Program-made: the position numbers and the translations under genes
Shown: in pieces, positions 10,101 through 19,639 of the stretch
How the letters are laid out: the number at the start of each line of letters is the position of its first letter
Position numbering within the stretch: the first letter of the stretch is position 1
The notes under the pieces: generated by a model
The model's database searches: none
Seen by the model: only the letters and a program-made list of their open reading frames with translations
What the model was told of the DNA's origin: nothing
Source: an uncultured delta proteobacterium
Lineage (GTDB): Bacteria > Myxococcota_A > Polyangia > Polyangiales > Houyiibacteriaceae
Direction of reading: 5' to 3'
Assembly (NCBI GenBank): GCA_963699755.1
Contig: CAVOVB010000003.1
Location: 731,726 to 795,725, forward strand
DNA: 64,000 bases

Positions 10101-10310
10101 CGGGCTAGGAAGACCATGGACCTGGCGTACGAAGCTCGGATCGAGGTGATCTGGAGCGCGGAAGGCAAGCTTGCCGAAGCGATCGAAGAGCACGCCGAAC
10201 GGATCGCATCGGAGACTCTAGCCAGCGGATTTTCGCAGGGAGACGCAGGCGGCGAACACGACACCGAAATCGACGGTACCCCCCTCGCCCTCTCCATCAA
10301 CGCTGCGTAA
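7119..10310 (+). CDS. ileS: Isoleucyl-tRNA synthetase (type 2)
   Basis: EGPPTANGMPHPGH, GWDTHGLP, WTTTPWTLPSN, DQTRGWFY and KLSKR motifs; type-2 C-terminus EGLARE. Confidence 0.95.
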   Translation: MFDPVSPQVSFPEIDATQLLFWENAHIFEKTLESGEDKQAFVFYEGPPTANGMPHPGHVLTRVMKDVFLRYRTMCGYYVPRRAGWDTHGLPVEVEVEKELGISGREAIQEYGVEAFSRKCIDSVFQYIGEWRKMTERIGFWVDFHSAYVTFHKSYVESVWWALSEMFKEGLLYQGYKVVWWWPQGGTALSAGEVGQGYQTIDDPSVMIRFPVIGEERTSFLAWTTTPWTLPSNIALAVDAKTDYATAELEDGERLILAAALVQKVVGKEANVIATRKGSELVGMSYEPPFHYAEPKEGPAWKVVDADFVSLESGSGLVHLAPAFGEDDFRVCKEKGMGFLQLMKPDGTFPDEVTDFAGRFCKEADRDIIRNLRARGVLFNEEVYRHDYPFCWRAMQDPLIQYARRSWFIRTTQEIGRVKENNQKVHWEPEHVKSGRMGQFLEGNVDWALSRERFWGTPLPIWKNDETGNVEAVGSVAEILERNPDAFAHFDEAKAADPTLQDHLMVHKPWIDEVSWTKPGEAGVYRRVPEVIDCWFDSGCMPFAQWGFPHQNADDFERNFPADFITEAVDQTRGWFYSLMTISSLLFPERELPHPFRNCVVLGLMTDEKGKKLSKRDKNYTDPLVLMDRVGADAVRWALYAGTVPGQNTRFFDDAATDAVREFLLKIWNVYSFFVTYANIDGWTADAKRPALAQRPDMDRWVIAELDATVRAVRQELDDYKSHMAVRHLLGFVDGLSNWYVRRSRARFWASDDTEDKRAAFGTLYEALVDLTKLAAPFIPFMTETLFQNLVRKENPEAPESVHLASFPEPNEARVDDELRKTMERVRNVVTLGQRVRNENKLKVRQPLAEAIVVVADDAERRGIDRFASAIREELNVRELGFTQEPHRYVEFELVPNFRVLGPKLGKQVPACKKALAEADGSALYAEMEKNDKIVVELPNGPIELTPSEVEVRLSAREDFAAASGSGQVVVLDTRVDDSLRREGLAREVINRIQRARKTMDLAYEARIEVIWSAEGKLAEAIEEHAERIASETLASGFSQGDAGGEHDTEIDGTPLALSINAA

Positions 10311-10320
10311 GGGCCCCCGG

Positions 10321-11226
10321 TTACCTACGACGCCAGCGGGGCCAGAGTATGGCTACGAGCAGGAGAACGGGGATTGCAAAGAGCTGCGAGGTGCTGAGGC
10401 CGAGTAGCTCGCCGCGCTCGTCGGCGCGCCAGAACTCCAAGACGAATCGCAGCACGGCGTAGAGGCCGATGAAGGCGAGGATGACCTGACCGTCGAAACG
10501 CTTCCTCGGTTGGAGCCAGAACAAGAGAAAGCCCGTGATCGCGAGGCAACCGACGGCTTCATAGAGCTGCGTGGGATGAACCGGAAGCGAGGGAAGATGA
10601 GGAGCTTCGAGTAAACCTGCGCGCCATTGCGATTCGCTGGCCGGGGAGAACGGCGGGAAGCTCACGCCGAATGCTTGCACGGTCCGCACGCCGAAGCAGC
10701 AGCCTCCGAGGAAGCATCCCAGTCGGCCGAAGACCAGTCCCGAGGAGATGGCGATTGCGGAGATGTCCATGCCTCGGTAGAGCGGAACGCCTTCCCGTTT
10801 CAAGAACCAGATTCCGAACACCGACGCGGCCAAGAGACCGCCATAATAGGTGAGGCCGCCTCTCCAAAACGCCGCCCAGGCGAAGCAGTCGCGCTCAAGC
10901 GGCCGGCAAACTTCCCGGGCCGCATCCCAGACGCCCCCGGCCCGTGCGCATTGTGTGGCCGTGATCTCCCAGGTGACTTTCGCCGGGTCGGTGCAGAGGT
11001 GAACGTAATCCCAGAAATAGCCATCGGCGAATACGTGCAGCAAGCGTGCGCCCAAGACGCCGAAGATCACGCAGAACAGACCCAGATCGATGAAGGTTTC
11101 CGGATCGAGCCCATCCTTCTTCGCAAGGCGCGCCGCCAGCCAGGTCGCAAACGCAAAGCCGATCAGCAGGAGCGTGAAATACGCTGGTATCGGTTCTCCA
11201 AAGATCTCCGCGAGCGTCGGGAACAT
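10321..11226 (-). CDS. lgt: Prolipoprotein diacylglyceryl transferase
   Basis: GGLTYYGG, GRLGCFLGGCC, HPTQLYE and RFVLEFWR motifs. Confidence 0.92.
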   Translation of the reverse strand: MFPTLAEIFGEPIPAYFTLLLIGFAFATWLAARLAKKDGLDPETFIDLGLFCVIFGVLGARLLHVFADGYFWDYVHLCTDPAKVTWEITATQCARAGGVWDAAREVCRPLERDCFAWAAFWRGGLTYYGGLLAASVFGIWFLKREGVPLYRGMDISAIAISSGLVFGRLGCFLGGCCFGVRTVQAFGVSFPPFSPASESQWRAGLLEAPHLPSLPVHPTQLYEAVGCLAITGFLLFWLQPRKRFDGQVILAFIGLYAVLRFVLEFWRADERGELLGLSTSQLFAIPVLLLVAILWPRWRRR

Positions 11227-11250
11227 TCCGTTGGATTCCAAGCGGCCAAG

Positions 11251-11862
11251 TTAGCCCGCCGGAACCTCCACGCGATCAACGCCCGCCTGCTTCTGCCGCC
11301 GCCCGTCCACGAAGCCTTCGATTAGAATTAGTGCGACCCCGATCGTGATCCAGGCGTCGGCCACGTTGAACGTTGGGTAGGCCCAGCGTTCGTTGAGGTG
11401 GAAACGCACGAAGTCTACGACGTAGCCGAGGTTCACGCGATCGACGAAATTCCCGATGGCGCCGGCCACGATCAAGGGAACACTAATCGCGAAGAGCTTG
11501 CCCCCGCGGCCCGTGATGAACATCCAGAGCAGGAGCACGACGGCACCCGCGGCGGCTGCGTAGAATACGCCTTTGCGGATCGAGCTTGGCATGTCGCGCA
11601 TGAACCCAAAAGCAGCACCACAGTTCTCCGCGTAGCGAAGCTCGAGGATCCCATCGATGAGCACCACCGGTGGGAGCTGGGTCCGCTGCGGCTCGACCCG
11701 AGCGAATTCGTTTGGCTGGCAGGCCGGGTCCGCGGCCCGTGAGGAGGGCTGAGAAAGCCGCTGGAGCGCCCACTGCTTGCTGCCGAGGTCCATGGCGGTA
11801 AGCACGCCGATGGCGGCGAGGCACAGGACGAGCGCCTGGCGGGAACGTGGGGTGCGAGTCAC
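11251..11862 (-). CDS. lspA: Lipoprotein signal peptidase II
   Basis: DLGSKQW, ENCGAAFG, GAIGNFVDR, VVDF and FNVAD motifs. Confidence 0.92.
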   Translation of the reverse strand: MTRTPRSRQALVLCLAAIGVLTAMDLGSKQWALQRLSQPSSRAADPACQPNEFARVEPQRTQLPPVVLIDGILELRYAENCGAAFGFMRDMPSSIRKGVFYAAAAGAVVLLLWMFITGRGGKLFAISVPLIVAGAIGNFVDRVNLGYVVDFVRFHLNERWAYPTFNVADAWITIGVALILIEGFVDGRRQKQAGVDRVEVPAG

Positions 11863-11936
11863 GGCCGGCGACTGTAACAGTTGGATTTCACGGGTCAAAG
11901 CGACCCGCTGAATCGATTGTGCATGGTCGAAACGCC

Positions 11937-12005
11937 ACAATTACAAAGCATTACGAAGTTGTGACACAGATCCCCTTGTGCCTGTATCACGTTGTGTTAC
12001 AGATC
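11937..12005. promoter_or_regulatory. Putative operator with direct repeats
   Basis: GTTGTGACACAGATC (11958-11972) and GTTGTGTTACAGATC (11991-12005), plus TGTATCAC and ACAATTACA. Confidence 0.5.
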
Positions 12006-12009
12006 GAGC

Positions 12010-12549
12010 ATGAGCGACGGCGACGACGCGAAGAGCCGAAAGGACGGCCGCAAAGAGCGGGTGCTCCATACGCGCGTACCGGCAGTCCTCGAGCAGGAGC
12101 TCAAACGGGTCGCCAACGCCTGGCGAGTGCCGGTGTCCAATCTCGTTCGCGCACTGCTCGAGGATGCGCTCGACACCATCGACGTCGTCGGCGCCAAGGC
12201 AGAAGGTGAGCTCCGCGAAGTCGCGGCGCTGTTGGCCTCCGAGCGGCATCGGTTTCGCCGGAAGTCATCGGCGCAGCTGAGCAAGATTCCCGGCGCCGCC
12301 CAAGTGATTGCCGACGTCACAGAGGCTGTGGAGCAACGCGCGCCAGCTCCCGATCCGCTCGCCGGTGCGGTTGGGATGACTCCGATCATCTTGGTTCACG
12401 ACGCGGTTTGCGGCGTGACCGGAGCAAGGCTCGCCGCCGGCTCCGAGGCCTACATGGTCCTCTTCGATGACCCCGGCCGAAAACTAATCACGGGCAGGGA
12501 CATCCTGCCTCGCGCATCGACACCCAACGAGGAGAAAGCCGATGACTGA
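12010..12549 (+). CDS. Ribbon-helix-helix-like DNA-binding protein
   Basis: RVLHTRVPAVLEQELKRVANAWRVPVSNLVRALLEDAL fits the beta-helix-helix pattern. Confidence 0.6.
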   Translation: MSDGDDAKSRKDGRKERVLHTRVPAVLEQELKRVANAWRVPVSNLVRALLEDALDTIDVVGAKAEGELREVAALLASERHRFRRKSSAQLSKIPGAAQVIADVTEAVEQRAPAPDPLAGAVGMTPIILVHDAVCGVTGARLAAGSEAYMVLFDDPGRKLITGRDILPRASTPNEEKADD

Positions 12550-12793
12550 ACAACAGAATATTCAATCCACGATCGAAGAGAACGTAAACGCAGCTGTCGA
12601 TCAGGTCAGCAAGACCGCTGAAGGCGCCGTGACTTTGGGCCGCAGGGTCGCCGGTTTGTGGCTGGGGGTGACGCGCACCGCAATCGAGGCGGCCGCAAGC
12701 ACCCTCGCCTCCACATCCGAGGTGATCAGCGCGCTCGCGGAGTCCATGGGCGAGCTTTCCGACCGCGTTCAAGGCTCGGCCAAGAAGGCTTAG
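12542..12793 (+). CDS. Small amphipathic helical protein
   Basis: 83 aa, rich in Ala/Ser/Thr/Glu; GAGGAG RBS; overlaps the upstream gene. Confidence 0.65.
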   Translation: MTEQQNIQSTIEENVNAAVDQVSKTAEGAVTLGRRVAGLWLGVTRTAIEAAASTLASTSEVISALAESMGELSDRVQGSAKKA

Positions 12794-12797
12794 TCCC

Positions 12798-12856
12798 AAG
12801 CCGACGGGTGGTGGAAACGGACTGCCACCACCACCGCGAATCCAGCCCGTCGGCTT
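12798..12856. terminator. Inverted repeat between convergent genes
   Basis: AAGCCGACGGG (12798-12808) and CCCGTCGGCTT (12846-12856). Confidence 0.45.
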
Positions 12857-12886
12857 TCTCGTTCGTATGGAAGCGCAGCCCGCGCT

Positions 12887-13438
12887 TCAGTCCATCGGAC
12901 CGTGAGGGAGCCGTCGCGCTTCCCGCAGATGCCGGAAGGCGTTGATGCCCCAGCGGGTCACGAAATACAGCGGAGTTGCGATGAGCAGGCCGCAGATCAG
13001 CGCGCCCATCCAAAGCTCGCCGCCGGTGCTCGCCAAGAGCCGCCCGACGTCGGGCCAGAAGTCGCCTTCGAGGAGTCGGTGGATGCCACCGTCTTTGAGC
13101 GCGCGTCCCGCGTTTCCGAGCCAGGTCTGAATCGTCGCGCGGCTGACTTCTCGTTCGGGATGCAAGACCGCAGCACCCACTGACCAGGTCGTATAGTAGA
13201 GCGGCACTGCGGTGAACGGGTTGCTGATGAACAAGACTGGAATCCCAGAGATCTTGTTGGCGCCGAGCAGCGCCGCGATCGGGATATACAAGACGATCTG
13301 AAGACCAAGGGTCGGCGTGAAGGCGATCATCGCGCCAATGAATACACCCCAGGCGATTCGGTGCGGCGTGTCATCGAGGTGAAGAATGCTGTGGAAGACG
13401 ATTTGCTGGAGGCGTCGCCACAGGTCTCGGAGCTTCAT
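12887..13438 (-). CDS. DUF2062-family membrane protein
   Basis: DTPHRIAWGVFIG...PTLGLQ...SNPFT pattern. Confidence 0.8.
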   Translation of the reverse strand: MKLRDLWRRLQQIVFHSILHLDDTPHRIAWGVFIGAMIAFTPTLGLQIVLYIPIAALLGANKISGIPVLFISNPFTAVPLYYTTWSVGAAVLHPEREVSRATIQTWLGNAGRALKDGGIHRLLEGDFWPDVGRLLASTGGELWMGALICGLLIATPLYFVTRWGINAFRHLREARRLPHGPMD

Positions 13439-16400
13439 TTCGACTCACCCCATCCACCACCGCCGGGCGTTTCCACGCGCAAGATGTCGCCGGGGGAGAC
13501 TTCCGCGCTGAAGCGGTGCGCGAGTTGCTCGCCGTTGAGTAGGTTCATGCCCGGGGCACCTGGACCGCCGCCGCGCATACCATAGGGAGGGACCGCACGC
13601 CGCTCGGAGAGTACCGATACCCGCATCGGCGCGAGGAACTCGAGCTCGCGGACCAATCCGTCGCCCCCGCGCTGAGCTCCTGTCCCGCCCGAGCCGCGAC
13701 GGATCTCGAAGCGGCGAATCCGGATGGGAAACCTGGTTTCGAGAACCTCTGGGTCGGTGCACTTGGAGTTCGTCATGTGTGTATGGACCGCGGATGCGCC
13801 CGCTCGGCGCTCAGTTGCGCCCGCTCCCCCGCCCAGGGTTTCGTAGTATGCGAAGCGATCGTCACCGAAGGTGACATTGTTCATGGTCCCCTGGCTTGCG
13901 GCGGCGAGGCCGAGGGCGCCGAATAGCACGTCGACCACCCGCTGAGAGGTCTCGACGTTCCCAGCGGCTACCGCTCGGTCGGGCCCTGGGCTGAGGAGCG
14001 AACCTTCGGGGATCCGAACGCGGACGGGGCGCATGCAGCCGCCATTGAGGGGGATCGGCTTGCCGACGAGCACGCGAAGTACGTAGAGGATTGCCGCCAT
14101 CGTGACAGCTCGGGGCGCGTTTAGGTTGCTGTCGAGCGCCCGGTCTGTGCCCTCGAAGTCGATCTCCATTTCGCCGCCGCGAACCGTGATGCGAACCGCA
14201 ATGCGCGCGCCATCATCCAGGCGGTCTTCAAACCGGTGCTCGCCGTCGGGTAGGCCTTCGATCGCCAGAGTTGTGAGCTCGGCGGCGTTGTCTTGGATGT
14301 GCTGCATGTATGCCGAGACGACTTGAATGCCGTATCGCGCGAGAAGCTCGTCGAGGAGTCGCATACCTTTTTCGTTGGCGGCGATTTGAGCCTGGATGTC
14401 GGCCAGGTTCTCCTCAGGATTGCGCGCAGGGTACGGGCCGGCGCTCAGCGCGTCGCGCAGCAGTTGCTCGTGGAATGTCTCGTTCTCGACGATTTCGAGG
14501 CTCCGCAAGATGACGCCCTCTTCTTCGAGCCGGGTCGAGGACGGGGGCATGGAGCCCGGGGTGAGCCCGCCAACATCAGCGTGATGCCCACGCGATGCGA
14601 CGACGAAGCGGAGCGTTCCGTCGGCATCGTGCACCGGAGTGACGACCGTAATGTCGGGCAGGTGCGACCCCCCCGCGGACGGATCATTGGTCACGAAGAC
14701 CCCACCGGGCTTCGCGTGTGGATGCGCGGCGAGGATCGAGCGAACCGATTCGCTCATGGCGCCTAGGTGCACCGGAATGTGCGGCGCGTTGGCGACCAGG
14801 CTGCCTGTTGCATCGAAAACCGCGCACGAGAAATCGAGGCGGTCTCGAATGTTGGTGCTCATCGCCGTGCGCTGCAAGACCACCCCCATTTGCTCGGCAA
14901 TCGATTTGAACTGATTGTTGAACACCTCGAGGAGCACGGGGTCGACATCGGTGTCGGCGGTTTCGCGCGCGGATTTCATCTCGCGGTCTCGCAAAATGAG
15001 GTAGCCGCGCTGATCTCGAACGGCGACGAAGCCAAGATCGACGACGATCGTACCGGTGGAGTCCAACACGAGCGCGGGTCCGGGGATCTCCAGGTCGATC
15101 GGGAGGCTTTCCCGCAGGTAGACCCGGGCATCGACCAGAGCCCCGGGCGACGAGAGCTTGATCGCGCGAATTGGCTCGCCTGAGCCAGCCGCGGCAGGCG
15201 GAAGCTCTGGTCTTGTGCTTCGCAACTCCACAGCCAGCCGTAGCGTGGCCGCCTCGACGGGGTGGTCAGGCCGCGCGTATCCGAACTCGCGCAGATGAAG
15301 CGCTTCGAATGCCGCGCGCATCTGCTTTGCGTCCGCCCAGTCGACTGCGAGGGTCGCCTCGGTACCCCGATAGCGAAGCGCGACCTGGCGCCGGATGCGC
15401 CACTGGGCACCCGGCCCGAGGTCTGGCTCGAGGGCTGCGCGCCCCGACGCTTCGAGCGTCGAGAAGGCTCGCTCCCATCCTTCGGGCAAGGGCTGGCCGA
15501 GGCTTGCGCGCCCGGCGTCGCGTTCACCGTGCCACTCGAAGTTGGCGACCCCCATTCCGAACGCCGACAAGACGCCAGCGTAGGGGTGAAACACCAGGGT
15601 CCGAATACCGAGGCGCCGCGCGATGAGGCAGGCGTACTGACCAGCTGCACCGCCAAAGACCACCATGGCGTGCGTGCGCACGTCGTGGCCGCGACCGACG
15701 GACACCTTCTGAATGGCTGCCGCCATGTTTTCCACCGCGACGCGTAAGAAGCCCAGCGCCACGTCGTTGGCGCTGCGCTCGATTCCCGATGCGCGTAGCT
15801 CGGCTGCAATCTTGGCGAGCTTCTTTCTCGGTCGATCTTCGTTCAGCGCAAATGGAAATCGGTCGGCTGCGATGCGCCCGAGGCATAGCGAAACGTCGGT
15901 GAGCGTCAGCTCCTCGGCGCCCGGATTTCCGTAGCAAAGCGGCCCCGGGTCGGCGCCCGCGCTCTGCGGTCCCACGGTCATGCGTCTTGCTTCGAGCCTA
16001 CAGATCGAGCCTCCTCCCGCGGCCACCGTATGGAGCTCGATCATCGGTGCGCGGATTCGAACGCCCCCGATTTGGCTTTCGAATACACGGGACAGCTCGC
16101 CCGCGTACCGCGAGACGTCCGTCGAAGTGCCGCCCATGTCGAAGCCGATGACCTCGGAAAGCCCGAGCTCTTCTGCAACCGCAGTCGTCGCAACCACACC
16201 TGCGGCCGGTCCGGAAAGCACGGCGTTGCGTCCGATGAAGGCCGATGCGGCCACCAGCCCACCGTTGCTTTGCATCATGCGCAGCCGCTCCGGCCCAAGC
16301 TCCTTTTCAAGCTCCAGCATGTAATGTGTCAGCAAGGGGGTGAGATACGCATTGGCACTGGTGGTGTCGGTGCGACCGAGGAGCCCGAGCTCGTTCGATA

Positions 16401-16974
16401 TCCGGTGAGAGACAGAGATGTGCGCGAAGCCAAGCTCTTCTGCGATTGCGGCCACTCGATTCTCCAAGGACCCATCGAGGTAGGAGTGCATGAGCGAGAC
16501 GGCCACGGCCTTGGCGCCTCGTGTGCGGGCCCCCTCGAGCGCCTGGCGGAGAGCGACGGGATCGAGACCGCGCAGGATGGAGCCATCGGCCCCCATCCGA
16601 GCATCCAGCTCGATCACCTCTTTGGGGAGCGGCGTTGGCTTCTCGATCTCGAGGGCGAAAAGGTCCGGTCGCGTCTGGTCCCCGATTTGGATCAGGTCGC
16701 CCAAGCCTTCGTCGGCGATCAGGACCGACGGACACCCAGCGCGTTCGAGCAGCGCGTTGGTGGCCAGGGTCGTCCCCATTCGGACTTCGCTCGGCGGGAT
16801 CGGATCGTCCGCCCCAAGTCCCAGGAGCGTGCGAATCCCCTCGAGCGGCGCTTGGTCGGAAGAGAGGACCTTGGTGACCTGAGTGGCGCCGGTAAGCCGA
16901 TCTCGGTGGATGCAGTCCGTGAAGGTCCCCCCACGGTCAATCCAGAACTGGTGACGGGGACTCGGCTGCGCCAT
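13435..16974 (-). CDS. Fused hydantoinase A/B (ATP-dependent 5-oxoprolinase family)
   Basis: [39 protein letters not shown] and GNVETSQR motifs. Confidence 0.93.
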   Translation of the reverse strand: MAQPSPRHQFWIDRGGTFTDCIHRDRLTGATQVTKVLSSDQAPLEGIRTLLGLGADDPIPPSEVRMGTTLATNALLERAGCPSVLIADEGLGDLIQIGDQTRPDLFALEIEKPTPLPKEVIELDARMGADGSILRGLDPVALRQALEGARTRGAKAVAVSLMHSYLDGSLENRVAAIAEELGFAHISVSHRISNELGLLGRTDTTSANAYLTPLLTHYMLELEKELGPERLRMMQSNGGLVAASAFIGRNAVLSGPAAGVVATTAVAEELGLSEVIGFDMGGTSTDVSRYAGELSRVFESQIGGVRIRAPMIELHTVAAGGGSICRLEARRMTVGPQSAGADPGPLCYGNPGAEELTLTDVSLCLGRIAADRFPFALNEDRPRKKLAKIAAELRASGIERSANDVALGFLRVAVENMAAAIQKVSVGRGHDVRTHAMVVFGGAAGQYACLIARRLGIRTLVFHPYAGVLSAFGMGVANFEWHGERDAGRASLGQPLPEGWERAFSTLEASGRAALEPDLGPGAQWRIRRQVALRYRGTEATLAVDWADAKQMRAAFEALHLREFGYARPDHPVEAATLRLAVELRSTRPELPPAAAGSGEPIRAIKLSSPGALVDARVYLRESLPIDLEIPGPALVLDSTGTIVVDLGFVAVRDQRGYLILRDREMKSARETADTDVDPVLLEVFNNQFKSIAEQMGVVLQRTAMSTNIRDRLDFSCAVFDATGSLVANAPHIPVHLGAMSESVRSILAAHPHAKPGGVFVTNDPSAGGSHLPDITVVTPVHDADGTLRFVVASRGHHADVGGLTPGSMPPSSTRLEEEGVILRSLEIVENETFHEQLLRDALSAGPYPARNPEENLADIQAQIAANEKGMRLLDELLARYGIQVVSAYMQHIQDNAAELTTLAIEGLPDGEHRFEDRLDDGARIAVRITVRGGEMEIDFEGTDRALDSNLNAPRAVTMAAILYVLRVLVGKPIPLNGGCMRPVRVRIPEGSLLSPGPDRAVAAGNVETSQRVVDVLFGALGLAAASQGTMNNVTFGDDRFAYYETLGGGAGATERRAGASAVHTHMTNSKCTDPEVLETRFPIRIRRFEIRRGSGGTGAQRGGDGLVRELEFLAPMRVSVLSERRAVPPYGMRGGGPGAPGMNLLNGEQLAHRFSAEVSPGDILRVETPGGGGWGESK

Positions 16975-17172
16975 CGAGCTTCGCATCGAAGCACGGCGGC
17001 CGGTAGGGTCAAGAGACAGTGCACGATCTGCAAATCGAGGTGCAAAAATAGCCCAAAGGGCTTATGATAGGCCGATATATCGAGGTTCGCTCCACCGGAT
17101 CTGAGAATTTTTCTGGTTTTCAAACGAGTTTCCTGGACTTATACAGGCCAGCAAGTCAAGGAACTGAGGTCG

Positions 17173-18699
17173 ATGGAGACAGAAGAATTCACTGTCTCGT
17201 CCGTGATACCCGCAAGTCCAAACCGTATTTATTCCGCGTGGATGGACGAGCGCCACCACACCGCGTTCAGCGGAGCGCGGGCGACGGTGGACCCCTGGGT
17301 AGGCGGTCGAGTCGTTGCAGACGATGGTTTCATCGATGCAACCCATGTCTATCTGGTGACCGGTAGCCGTATCGCGATGACCTGGCGAACCCGCGACTTC
17401 CCAAAGGGCGCGAACGATTCGCAGGTGGACATCACCTTCGAGCCTGTCGCGGGTGGCACGAGAGTCGAGGTGACCCACAGCAACATTCCCCCCGGCTTGG
17501 GACAGGCCTGCGAGAAGATCTGGAACACCTTGTACTTGGAACCGATGACGAAGTACTTCGGTGAGCCCGATGCGATGCGCGCGGCCTACAAGGCCGCCAA
17601 GAAGGCCGGGCATTTGCCGCTCTCCGGAATCAAGGCGAGCCGGCCTGGACCTAGACGCCCTTTTGTTCCGCCACCGCCGCTTCCCGCCGAGGAGCCTAGC
17701 GAAGACGAAGACGAGGAGAAGCCGAAGAAGCCCCGGAAGCGAGTGGAAACGAAAACGATCGATCTTCGGGAGCTCGCGCAGGCCCAGGCCGAAGCGCGCC
17801 AGCTGGCTGCACAGAAGAAAGCGGAGGCCAAGAAGAAAGCCGAGGCGGTGCGCCGGGAGGCCGAAGCAGCGCGTAAGAAGCTCGAGGCCAAGAAGAAGGC
17901 CGAGGCTCTGAAAGCCAAGCGGGCCGAAGACAAGCGCATCGCAGCAGAGAAGAGGCGAATCGCTCTTGAAAAGAAGCAGGCCGCCGCCGAGAAGAAGGCC
18001 GAGCTTGCTCGCAAGAAGGCGGAGGCCAAGGAGAAGGCTGCCGCGATCAAGCGCAAGAAAGCGGAAGCCAAGAGGAACGCTGCCGCGAAGAAGAAGGCTG
18101 CTGCAAAGAAGGCCGCCGCGAAGAAGAAGGCTGCCGCGATCAAGCGCAAGAAAGCGGAAGCCAAGAGGAACGCTGCCGCGAAGAAGAAGGCTGCTGCAAA
18201 GAAGGCCGCCGCGAAGAAGAAGGCTGCTGCAAAGAAGGCCGCCGCGAAGAAGCGTCCGGCCCCGAAGAGGCGCGGTGTGACGAAGAAGCGGGCTGCCGCG
18301 AAGAAGCGTCCGGCCCCGAAGAGGCGCGGTGCGACGAAGAAACGCGGTGTGACGAAGAAACGCGGTGTGACGAAGAAACGCGGTGTGACGAAGAAACGCG
18401 GTGTGACGAAGAAACGCGGTGTGACGAAGAAACGCGGTGTGACGAAGAAACGCGGTGTGACGAAGAAGCGGGCTGCCGCGAAGAAGAAGGTCGCCGCAAA
18501 GAGGCGTCCGGCCGCGAAGAAGCGCGGTGCGACGAAGAAGCGAGCTGCCGTGAAGAAGAAGGCCGCCGCGAAGAAGCGACCAGCCCCGAAGAAGCGCGGT
18601 GCGACGAAGAAGCGGGCTGCCGCGAAGAAGAAGGTCGTCCCAAAGAGGCGAAGCAAGGCGCCTGCCAAGAAGGCCAAGCGCCGCTCGTCACGACGCTAG
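17173..18699 (+). CDS. SRPBCC/AHA1-like domain fused to a Lys/Ala/Arg-rich histone-H1-like tail
   Basis: N-terminal IPASPNRIYSAW...DSQVDITFEPVAGGTRVEVTHSNIP...W...Y; proline/acidic linker; about 300 aa basic low-complexity tail. Confidence 0.85.
   Translation: METEEFTVSSVIPASPNRIYSAWMDERHHTAFSGARATVDPWVGGRVVADDGFIDATHVYLVTGSRIAMTWRTRDFPKGANDSQVDITFEPVAGGTRVEVTHSNIPPGLGQACEKIWNTLYLEPMTKYFGEPDAMRAAYKAAKKAGHLPLSGIKASRPGPRRPFVPPPPLPAEEPSEDEDEEKPKKPRKRVETKTIDLRELAQAQAEARQLAAQKKAEAKKKAEAVRREAEAARKKLEAKKKAEALKAKRAEDKRIAAEKRRIALEKKQAAAEKKAELARKKAEAKEKAAAIKRKKAEAKRNAAAKKKAAAKKAAAKKKAAAIKRKKAEAKRNAAAKKKAAAKKAAAKKKAAAKKAAAKKRPAPKRRGVTKKRAAAKKRPAPKRRGATKKRGVTKKRGVTKKRGVTKKRGVTKKRGVTKKRGVTKKRGVTKKRAAAKKKVAAKRRPAAKKRGATKKRAAVKKKAAAKKRPAPKKRGATKKRAAAKKKVVPKRRSKAPAKKAKRRSSRR
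18334..18459 (+). repeat. In-frame tandem repeat, 7 x 18 bp (TKKRGV)
   Basis: Seven perfect copies of ACGAAGAAACGCGGTGTG; also a 93-bp duplication starting at 18034 and 18127. Confidence 0.95.
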
Positions 18700-19223
18700 T
18701 CGAGGGGGGACTCGGCTTGACGCCGCAAGCCGTCCAAGAGCGAGTCGAGGGCGCGATGCTCCTGGGCTTGCTCGATGATGGTGAGCTCCTCGAGCTCGCC
18801 GTCGTCGAGGCTTGCGGCGAGCCAGAGCTGCATGGCCTCGAGCGCCGACAAGAGACTCAAGCTTCTCCCAGGAAGGGCCAAGGCCGCGCTCGAGACCTTG
18901 GCCTCGCGCAGGGTCTCCGCGATCAGCGCGCAGGCCTTCTTGGCAATGCTCTTGTCGAAGGCGGAGCTAGCGCCGAGCCCCACGAGAAGGAGGGCTTCGG
19001 ATTGGAGCTTTGTCGGGTTGGTCAGCAGGGCCCTTTCGCCGAAGCTCCCGTCGACATAGCCGGCCATGAGCTTTCTCGAGAGCGCCCCGCAGAGGCGCCA
19101 GTCGATCAACCCCGCGGCTCCACAGAGCGGGCGTTCGTCGGAGAAGAAGGGGAGAACGATGACTTCGGCTTGGAGCTCGTCCAAGCTCCGTGCCGCAGTC
19201 GTGACGAAATCGTAAGCGATCAC
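18696..19223 (-). CDS. Stand-alone M17 leucyl aminopeptidase N-terminal-like domain protein
   Basis: FFSDERPLCGAAGLIDWRLCGALSR...LLLVGLG; no catalytic domain. Confidence 0.7.
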   Translation of the reverse strand: MIAYDFVTTAARSLDELQAEVIVLPFFSDERPLCGAAGLIDWRLCGALSRKLMAGYVDGSFGERALLTNPTKLQSEALLLVGLGASSAFDKSIAKKACALIAETLREAKVSSAALALPGRSLSLLSALEAMQLWLAASLDDGELEELTIIEQAQEHRALDSLLDGLRRQAESPLD

Positions 19224-19639
19224 GACTTCCCGAGCTCGGTGGCGATGCGATCGAGAACGCCGTTGACGAAGGAGCCGCTCCCCTCGGAACCAAAGCGTTT
19301 GGCGAGCTCGACCGCTTCATTCAGGGTTACTCGTTTGGGGATGTCGTTCATTTCACGAAGCTCTACGATCGCGACACGCAGCACGTTGCGATCGACGATC
19401 GGCATCCGTTCGATGCGCCAGTGGTGGCTCGATGAACGGATGAGATCGTCGACGTCGTCTTTGTGGTCGGCATAGGCGCGCACCAGCTGGTTTGCGAATT
19501 CGACATCTTCGACGGGCTCGTCGTCGTGACTCAGATGGCCCCAGTACGACCTGATTGCCTGCGTGCCGCTCACGCCCGAAACATCCATGAAGTACAGGAT
19601 GCGAAGAGCGGCTTCACGGCCTTTTCGTCGTGATCCCAT
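19220..19639 (-). CDS. nusB: Transcription antitermination factor NusB
   Basis: RRKGREAAL, WRIERM...DRNVLR and NEAVELAKRFG...FVNGVLD motifs. Confidence 0.95.
   Translation of the reverse strand: MGSRRKGREAALRILYFMDVSGVSGTQAIRSYWGHLSHDDEPVEDVEFANQLVRAYADHKDDVDDLIRSSSHHWRIERMPIVDRNVLRVAIVELREMNDIPKRVTLNEAVELAKRFGSEGSGSFVNGVLDRIATELGKS

Noticed and set aside
18334..18459. Tandem repeat as a CRISPR array
   Set aside because: There are no spacers or cas genes, and the repeat is in frame within a coding sequence.
17586..18677. 363-aa Phe/Ala-rich ORF resembling a membrane protein
   Set aside because: It is the antisense shadow of the Lys/Ala codons in the histone-like tail.
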